From a virus, in IMG/VR virus record IMGVR_UViG_3300022602_000029, positions 32,001-96,000 of that record: a stretch of 64,000 nucleotides of DNA. One strand, 5' to 3'. A program made the translations under genes and the position numbers. Positions 57,993-64,000 of this stretch are shown here, one piece after another. The notes beneath the pieces were generated by a model that saw nothing but the letters and a program-made list of their open reading frames with translations, ran no database searches and was not told the DNA's origin. The first letter of the stretch is position 1; every line of letters begins with the position of its first letter.

Positions 57993-58021
57993 TTGCGATG
58001 ATAAATAAAAGTGTGTATAGT
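57993..58021 (+). promoter_or_regulatory. Sigma70-like promoter TTGCGA-N17-TATAGT with nested late TAAATA (58002-58007) upstream of gp32
   Basis: Motifs and spacing read directly. Confidence 0.55.
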
Positions 58022-58046
58022 TAACTATATGCACTTTTTCTTTTTT
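58007..58046 (+). terminator. Hairpin plus U-tract upstream of gp32
   Basis: AAAAGTGTGTATAG-TTAA-CTATATGCACTTTT then TTTTT; both stem mismatches are G-U pairs in plus-strand RNA. Confidence 0.65.
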
Positions 58047-58101
58047 AGTCAGTTGGCTTTAAAAGAATGGCACATAAAATTAAACATTAAGGAAAAACAT
58101 T

Positions 58102-59082
58102 ATGGCAACTTTAGCAGAAATCAGAGCGAAACTTCAAGCATCTTCACAACAAAACACTGGCTCGGGTGGTGGAGACAACGCAATATACCCCCACTGGAAC
58201 ATTCAAGAAGGCACTAACGCTACCGTTAGATTCTTACCAGATGCGGATCCAAATAACACTTTCTTCTGGGTAGAACGTAACATGATCAAGTTACCGTTCG
58301 CCGGAGTAAAAGGTGATACAAACAGTAAACCAGTCGAAGTCCAAGTTCCATGCATGGAAATGTGGGGCGAGACATGTCCAATCTTAACTGAGGTGCGTCC
58401 TTGGTTTAAAGATAAAAGCCTAGAAGCTATGGGTCGTAAATATTGGAAAAAGAAATCATATCTATTCCAAGGTTTCGTAGTAGACAGCAGTCTACAAGAA
58501 GACAAAGTCCCAGAAAATCCAATCCGAAGATTTATTATTGGTAGTCAAATCTATAACATCATCAAGGCAGCTTTGCTAGATCCAGATTTCGCAGAACTGC
58601 CAACCGATTATGTACGTGGTACAGATTTCCGTATCACTAAAACATCAAAAGGTGGATATGCTGATTATTCAACATCAGTATGGGCACGTCGTGAACGTGC
58701 TCTAAGCGATGAGGAAAATGCAGCCATCAAACAGTATGGCGTGTTTGATCTCAAGAGTTTCTTACCAAAGAAACCAGGCGATGTAGAACTCAAAGTCATG
58801 AAAGAAATGTTTGAAGCATCAGTAGATGGTGAAGCATTTGATATGGACAAGTGGGGACAATACTTCAAACCAAATGGATATAACAATGCGAATAAACCAT
58901 CAGCATCAACTCCATCAGCGGCATCTGTGTCAAGCACACCAGCATCAGCAGATGAAGATGGCGACGACGAACCAGCAAGTGTGTCAACAGCACCTACAGC
59001 GCCAGCATCAACAACAGGCGACGCAGGCAGCAGAGCGCAAGACATCCTTGCGATGATCCGTAACCGTCAAAAAGCAGAATAA
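58102..59082 (+). CDS. gp32: Single-stranded DNA-binding protein (T4 gp32-like)
   Basis: LAEIRAKL, VRFLPD, CMEMWGE.CP, G.DF.I.KT..GGY.DYS.S.W; acidic C-terminal tail. Confidence 0.9.
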   Translation: MATLAEIRAKLQASSQQNTGSGGGDNAIYPHWNIQEGTNATVRFLPDADPNNTFFWVERNMIKLPFAGVKGDTNSKPVEVQVPCMEMWGETCPILTEVRPWFKDKSLEAMGRKYWKKKSYLFQGFVVDSSLQEDKVPENPIRRFIIGSQIYNIIKAALLDPDFAELPTDYVRGTDFRITKTSKGGYADYSTSVWARRERALSDEENAAIKQYGVFDLKSFLPKKPGDVELKVMKEMFEASVDGEAFDMDKWGQYFKPNGYNNANKPSASTPSAASVSSTPASADEDGDDEPASVSTAPTAPASTTGDAGSRAQDILAMIRNRQKAE

Positions 59083-59093
59083 GGAGATAGACC

Positions 59094-60152
59094 ATGGTAA
59101 AGAGCTTTGATATCTCAAAGTTCCGTAAGTCTATCACTAAAAGTATCGATGGCTTAGGAATTGGTTTCAATGATCCAACTGATTGGATTTCAACTGGCAA
59201 CTATGCCCTAAACTATCTTATCTCTGGGGACTTCTTTAAGGGGGTTCCCCTAGGTAAGGTTACAGTTTTTGCGGGCGAAAGTGGAGCAGGTAAGAGTTAT
59301 ATTTGTTCCGGCAATATTGTGCGTCATGCACAAGAACAAGGTATTTTTGTTATCCTTATTGACAGCGAAAATGCTTTAGATGAAGACTGGTTGAAAGCAT
59401 TGGGTGTCGACACTGGCGAACAAAAACTGCTTAAACTCAACATGGCGATGATTGACGATGTAGCAAAAACTATCCATGAGTTCATGAATGAATATAAAAC
59501 TATGGATGCTACAGATCGTCCAAAAGTTTTATTCGTCATCGATTCATTGGGTATGTTGTTGACTCCTACTGATATTAATCAGTTTGAAGCAGGTGATTTA
59601 AAAGGTGACATGGGTCGTAAGCCCAAGGCATTGACAGCACTTGTTCGTAACTGTGTAAACATGTTCGGTAGTTATAATGTTGGATTAGTTTGTACTAATC
59701 ACACATACGCAAGTCAAGACATGTTCGATCCAGATGATAAAATCTCAGGCGGTCAAGGATTTGTTTATGCGAGTAGTATCGTAGTTGCCATGAAAAAACT
59801 CAAACTCAAAGAGGATGAGGATGGTAATAAAATTAGTGATGTAGTAGGCATTAGATCAGCCTGTAAAGTCATGAAAACTCGGTATGCTAAACCTTTTGAA
59901 AGCGTCCAGGTCAAGATTCCATATTCGACTGGTATGAGCCCTACAAGTGGGCTGGTTGACATGTTTGAGAAGATGAATGTATTATCTAAAGTAGGAAACA
60001 AACTAGCCTACACCAATAAAGAAACTGGTGAAATAATGGCTGAATTCCGTAAAAATTGGACTGAAGACAAACTAAAGTTGATCATGCAACAATGGGATGA
60101 AAATTCAGTCAATCCAGTAACTACTGTCGAAGAGGAGGCTGAAGAAGCATAA
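59094..60152 (+). CDS. uvsX: RecA/UvsX recombinase
   Basis: FAGESGAGKS, IDSENA, VIDSLG, GDMGRK, TNHTY, GG.GF.YASSIVV, KTRY.KP. Confidence 0.95.
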   Translation: MVKSFDISKFRKSITKSIDGLGIGFNDPTDWISTGNYALNYLISGDFFKGVPLGKVTVFAGESGAGKSYICSGNIVRHAQEQGIFVILIDSENALDEDWLKALGVDTGEQKLLKLNMAMIDDVAKTIHEFMNEYKTMDATDRPKVLFVIDSLGMLLTPTDINQFEAGDLKGDMGRKPKALTALVRNCVNMFGSYNVGLVCTNHTYASQDMFDPDDKISGGQGFVYASSIVVAMKKLKLKEDEDGNKISDVVGIRSACKVMKTRYAKPFESVQVKIPYSTGMSPTSGLVDMFEKMNVLSKVGNKLAYTNKETGEIMAEFRKNWTEDKLKLIMQQWDENSVNPVTTVEEEAEEA

Positions 60153-60400
60153 TGGATGAAACATTAATCATGGAAATGTGGGATACGTTCAAAGAATATA
60201 TCCCTGAGAAAAACAAGGATATGGCCGCGACACAATATGTCGATTATCTTATCGGTAAGGACGTTGAGTCTAGTATCCTCGAAGGGTTGGTAGGATATGA
60301 TAATCATCTCGATGATGCCATCAAACAGGCGTTAGCTGAAGAAGGCTCTGATAGCGATGATTACGAAGAAGATGCTGACTACTACGAAGACGAGGACTAA
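60152..60400 (+). CDS. Small acidic hypothetical protein
   Basis: 82 aa, TAATG-coupled; D/E-rich tail. Confidence 0.65.
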   Translation: MDETLIMEMWDTFKEYIPEKNKDMAATQYVDYLIGKDVESSILEGLVGYDNHLDDAIKQALAEEGSDSDDYEEDADYYEDED

Positions 60401-60859
60401 ATGGCCCAATGGTATGCCAAGGTTAGCCAGGACATATCACATCTCCCGAGCTGTATCGATTATTTCTATAAAGAACTAGCAGACGCCAAGGGTGAAACTA
60501 AGATTTACGGAAATATCGAAAAAGCTAGCTCAATATTACCAGGAATAGTTGAACATCGATTTAACCAGCTTCAAGAGATTGAAGCTGTGTTAGAGTATCT
60601 AAACATAGAACTTAGACGTGTTCGATCAAAGACATTTAAAAAATATCTTGAGAACTATCAAAGGTCATTAAGCTCAAGAGATGTTGAAAAATATGTCGAC
60701 GGCGAAGCAGATGTAGTTGATATGGAAAAGATTATCAACGAATTCGCTCTATTACGTAATCAGTGGTTAGGCATAGTCAAAGGTCTTGACATTAAACAAT
60801 GGCAACTTTCAAACATAATCAAACTTAGGACTGCGGGTCTAGAAGACGCATCATTATAA
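60401..60859 (+). CDS. uvsY: Recombination mediator UvsY-like
   Basis: Helical; KYLENYQRSLSSRDVEKYVDGE...K.LDIKQWQLSNIIKLRTAG; position between uvsX and uvsW. Confidence 0.8.
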   Translation: MAQWYAKVSQDISHLPSCIDYFYKELADAKGETKIYGNIEKASSILPGIVEHRFNQLQEIEAVLEYLNIELRRVRSKTFKKYLENYQRSLSSRDVEKYVDGEADVVDMEKIINEFALLRNQWLGIVKGLDIKQWQLSNIIKLRTAGLEDASL

Positions 60860-62091
60860 TGTATATCGAAGACATGATTTTCTATTGTGTAGGTCTGCAT
60901 GGAAACAAGTTGATTCCTGCGCCTCATTTTTTCACGACTAAAGAAAAATCTTTGATATCAAGTTTTTTCACACAGGTTTCTGCCGGTAATAGCCTCACTG
61001 AAAAACAAGCAATAGTCATTGAAAATATATTTAAATCACATGTTTTAGAAATTACCAGGTATATAGGAGTTGATGTAACTCAATATCTTACATCTCCACA
61101 ATATAGGCTAGGAAAACGGTCTAGCTCAACTTCTCGATCATGCAGAATGATACTAGACGACGATGGGATTAGGAAAATCGCCTTAGAATTTCCATATGAT
61201 GAAAAGTTAATAGAAAATATTAAAAAAATACGTGTCTCTATGTCGGAAGAAACCGGAATAGTTTCTAAAAATCACGTGGTTTGGGATAATGCCAAGCGTA
61301 TATGGAAATGTAGAGTGACCGAATATATACTTTCTTGGATAAATCAAAATATTGTCAATGATAATTTTGTTATTGACGAAGAAATTAAAAATCTGTTGGA
61401 AGAAGTAAGAAATATTGAACAAAACGTCGAGGAATATTTTCCTATAGTCGTGTTTGAGGAAGGAAATTTCAAATATCTCAACACACATAAAAATATTCCA
61501 CAACCTAAGAGTAATCATTTGTTAGAAGTGCTGTTCGAGGCGAAAAAATATGGTATAGACACATGGAGTGAAGATATTGATCTGGCTCTTCAAGATATTT
61601 CTATCAAAAGTTTTACGAGATCATTTTTGAAATCACAAAATCTCATCAAACATACTACTACTTTTTCAATCGACGGTACGATCGTAGATTTCTCGCAACT
61701 AGAAGATGTGATAAGATATAACGGAACGATACTAGGAGTCATTCCTGCTGGAGATGAATATAAATCTTTACGTGCGTTCTATCTAGAGATGAGAAATTTA
61801 GGATATCATGACGATGAAATGTGTGCCCTGTTTAGGGTAGACAATGAAAAAGGAAAAATCACCAATGATTTTATCAAGGAGCATTCTTTGAATAATCCTA
61901 TATCAGAAAAAATCAAGATTTTTTTCGTTAGTACAAAGATGCCTAAACCATTGATAAAAAATCAGATAAAAATAGGTACCGTTATTACCCTAGGATCTAT
62001 TAATGCCCATCATAGCCTGAGAAATTTTATTAACCATCATCACAATGTGTTAACATATAAGATGAAATTAGAAAAAAATGCCAACTTGTAA
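60859..62091 (+). CDS. Hypothetical protein with HARP-like segment
   Basis: 410 aa; LEFPYDEKLIENIKKI...WDNAKRIW; overlaps the uvsW start. Confidence 0.55.
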   Translation: MYIEDMIFYCVGLHGNKLIPAPHFFTTKEKSLISSFFTQVSAGNSLTEKQAIVIENIFKSHVLEITRYIGVDVTQYLTSPQYRLGKRSSSTSRSCRMILDDDGIRKIALEFPYDEKLIENIKKIRVSMSEETGIVSKNHVVWDNAKRIWKCRVTEYILSWINQNIVNDNFVIDEEIKNLLEEVRNIEQNVEEYFPIVVFEEGNFKYLNTHKNIPQPKSNHLLEVLFEAKKYGIDTWSEDIDLALQDISIKSFTRSFLKSQNLIKHTTTFSIDGTIVDFSQLEDVIRYNGTILGVIPAGDEYKSLRAFYLEMRNLGYHDDEMCALFRVDNEKGKITNDFIKEHSLNNPISEKIKIFFVSTKMPKPLIKNQIKIGTVITLGSINAHHSLRNFINHHHNVLTYKMKLEKNANL

Positions 62092-63541
62092 AGTTATAAT
62101 AAAAGACGAAGTCAATGTTAAGATAGAAAATCTCGATCTCGACACGAGAAAGGCATTGGTCAAGAAATTTAAGTATGAAGACCCCACGGCGAGGTATCGT
62201 CCTGCCTATAAACTAGGACGTTGGGATGGTAGCATACCATTTTTTGGTCTTGGAGGAACCACTTATCTTTCTTTGATCGAACGTGTCCTTGAAGAATTAG
62301 AAAATCGTAACTACTACATAGAGATAGAAGATCTACGAAATAGTCCTACCTTAGAATTTCCTGAAATTTCTGAAGATTTTTGGGGGGATGCTACATGGCC
62401 CAAAGGACACAGATACGAGGGAGAAAAAATAAGATTGAGAGATGACCAAGTTGAAGTCGTGAATATCTTTTTGCGTAATCCTCAAAGCATACAGGAGATA
62501 GCTACCGGTTTTGGTAAGACCATCACCACCGCAACTTTGGCGAAAATTTGTGAAAAATACGGTCGTACGATAACTATCGTTCCTAATAAAAGTTTAGTAG
62601 AACAGACTGAGGAAGATTTTATCAACGTAGGACTAGACGTAGGTGTCTACTACGGAGATAGAAAAAATCTAGATAAGACACACACTATCTGTACTTGGCA
62701 AAGTCTTAATATTTTAGATAAAAACTCAAAAAATGCCTCAGAAAATTCCGAAATTTTAACACTGGCAGAATTGCTTGAAGGAGTGAGATGTGTAATGGTC
62801 GATGAAGTTCATCAGGCCAAGGCAGAAGTTTTAAAAAAACTAATGACTCACAATCTAGCTAATGCTCCTATACGTTGGGGACTTACAGGAACTATTCCAA
62901 AACAGGATTTTGAGGTGGAAACCATCAAAGCAAGTATTGGAGATATCGTAAATCAAGTAAAAGCACACACTCTGCAAGAAAAAGGCGTATTAAGTAACTG
63001 CCACGTAAATGTTATACAAACATCTGAATGGAAAGAATTTGGAAGCTATGCAGAGGAGTTGAAATATCTAGTAACAGATGAAAAACGCATGACCTATATC
63101 ACTAATCTCGTTAAAGAAATTTCTAAAAATGGAAACACGTTGGTATTGGTTGACAGGATAGAATCAGGACGTATAATAACAAGTAATATAGAGGAAAGTG
63201 TATTCATTTCAGGTGAAGTGAAAACTAAAGATCGTAAAGAAGAATATGATGAAGTTAGGACAAGTGATAACAAAATTATTGTGGCGACTTATGGTGTGGC
63301 CGCTGTGGGCATTAATATTCCTCGGATCTTTAACTTGGTTCTTCTTGAACCCGGAAAGAGCTTTGTCCGTGTTATCCAATCTATTGGGCGAGGTATTAGG
63401 AAAGCAGAGGATAAGGACTTCGTACAGATCTGGGACCTTACAGCCGCATCAAAATACGCCAAGAGACATTTAACAGAACGTAAGAAATTCTATAAAGAAG
63501 CACACTATCCTTTTACGATAGAAAAAACAAAATATCAATGA
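62078..63541 (+). CDS. uvsW: SF2 DNA helicase UvsW-like
   Basis: LRDDQ Q-motif, IATGFGKT, VDEVH, GLTGT, ATYGVAAVGINIP, QSIGRGIR. Confidence 0.93.
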   Translation: MPTCKVIIKDEVNVKIENLDLDTRKALVKKFKYEDPTARYRPAYKLGRWDGSIPFFGLGGTTYLSLIERVLEELENRNYYIEIEDLRNSPTLEFPEISEDFWGDATWPKGHRYEGEKIRLRDDQVEVVNIFLRNPQSIQEIATGFGKTITTATLAKICEKYGRTITIVPNKSLVEQTEEDFINVGLDVGVYYGDRKNLDKTHTICTWQSLNILDKNSKNASENSEILTLAELLEGVRCVMVDEVHQAKAEVLKKLMTHNLANAPIRWGLTGTIPKQDFEVETIKASIGDIVNQVKAHTLQEKGVLSNCHVNVIQTSEWKEFGSYAEELKYLVTDEKRMTYITNLVKEISKNGNTLVLVDRIESGRIITSNIEESVFISGEVKTKDRKEEYDEVRTSDNKIIVATYGVAAVGINIPRIFNLVLLEPGKSFVRVIQSIGRGIRKAEDKDFVQIWDLTAASKYAKRHLTERKKFYKEAHYPFTIEKTKYQ

Positions 63542-63999
63542 TTTTGTTTTTTAGAATCCCAATATATTTTGCGAGATTCAGACATACGTTTTTTAGTTTC
63601 TTCAGACATCACTCTACCTTTTAATTTTTCAGATACTATTTTTTTCTGGGCATCTGTTTTAGCAGGCATTGTTTTGCCTATCTGATTCTTTGATATCTTT
63701 TTCTTAGTTTCTTCAGAATGTTTATATCCTTTTCGAGATTCTAATATTTTATCAACGGTTGATTGTGCAATCACCTTCCCGGTGTGTGATTTTGATAATT
63801 TTTGTTTTTGCTCTTCGGACATTTCTCTACCTTTATTAGGACTAACTTGTCCTTTACGAGTTTTTGAAATTTTCTTACGAGTTTCTTCTGAAACATTTTT
63901 ACCTTTATGTAATCTAGACATTAATTCTGTAAATTTATTTTTTGCCAATTCATAAAATCTACCTCTGGATATTTTCCTTATCTGTCCTTTATTTTCTAC
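63535..63999 (-). CDS. NUMOD3-motif homing endonuclease (N-terminus beyond window edge)
   Basis: Four SEET/EQKxK[IL]S NUMOD3 repeats; the frame stays open to the window end (VENKGQIRKISRGRFYELAKN), so the nuclease domain is not visible. Confidence 0.75.
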   Translation of the reverse strand, partial: VENKGQIRKISRGRFYELAKNKFTELMSRLHKGKNVSEETRKKISKTRKGQVSPNKGREMSEEQKQKLSKSHTGKVIAQSTVDKILESRKGYKHSEETKKKISKNQIGKTMPAKTDAQKKIVSEKLKGRVMSEETKKRMSESRKIYWDSKKQNH

Positions 64000-64000
64000 C

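Noticed and set aside
58011-58217. 68-aa ORF overlapping the gp32 start
   Set aside because: It begins inside the promoter/terminator hairpin and overlaps gp32 out of frame.
274-63473. Numerous 60-150 aa ORFs antisense to or nested in long genes
   Set aside because: No recognisable motifs or initiation signals; expected by chance opposite repetitive coding sequence.
53873-63541. Inteins or introns in terminase, UvsX or UvsW
   Set aside because: Lengths are normal, motifs are contiguous, and no splice-junction signatures were seen.
1-64000. tRNA/rRNA genes and prophage integration features
   Set aside because: Intergenic gaps are at most about 145 nt with no cloverleaf patterns; no integrase, att-like repeats or host genes were seen.

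Overview
This window is a 64-kb segment of a large T4-superfamily (contractile-tailed, probably jumbo) bacteriophage genome with about 50 tightly packed genes. No tRNA, rRNA, CRISPR array, integrase or reverse transcriptase was seen. 1-33.2 kb is an unusually large tail-fibre/adhesin region: four long fibres built from roughly 220-230 (hand estimate) cysteine-rich 17-aa repeats, five LamG/concanavalin-A-like lectin proteins, small adaptor proteins, a Gly-rich protein and a 2OG-Fe(II) oxygenase. 33.2-39.6 kb is a coupled seven-gene modification operon: GT9-like glycosyltransferase, NodU-type carbamoyltransferase, sulfotransferase, GT-A glycosyltransferase, GmhB-like HAD phosphatase, GT4 glycosyltransferase and an APS kinase-DUF2061 fusion. 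It sits behind a sigma70-like promoter containing a perfect 14-bp palindrome. 40-58 kb holds T4-like morphogenesis genes (gp15, gp14, gp13, dNMP kinase, HNH, sheath gp18, tube gp19, gp4, terminase, probable internal head proteins). 58-64 kb holds gp32, uvsX, uvsY, uvsW and a truncated NUMOD3 endonuclease. The most notable observations are the sulfo-/carbamoyl-glycan operon next to Cys-rich fibres, sequence exchange among the fibre genes, TAAATA late promoters only 5-7 nt upstream of ATG with no Shine-Dalgarno (probably leaderless mRNAs), and no TAG stop codon in any called gene. All product names come from motif recognition by eye; no database searches were run.
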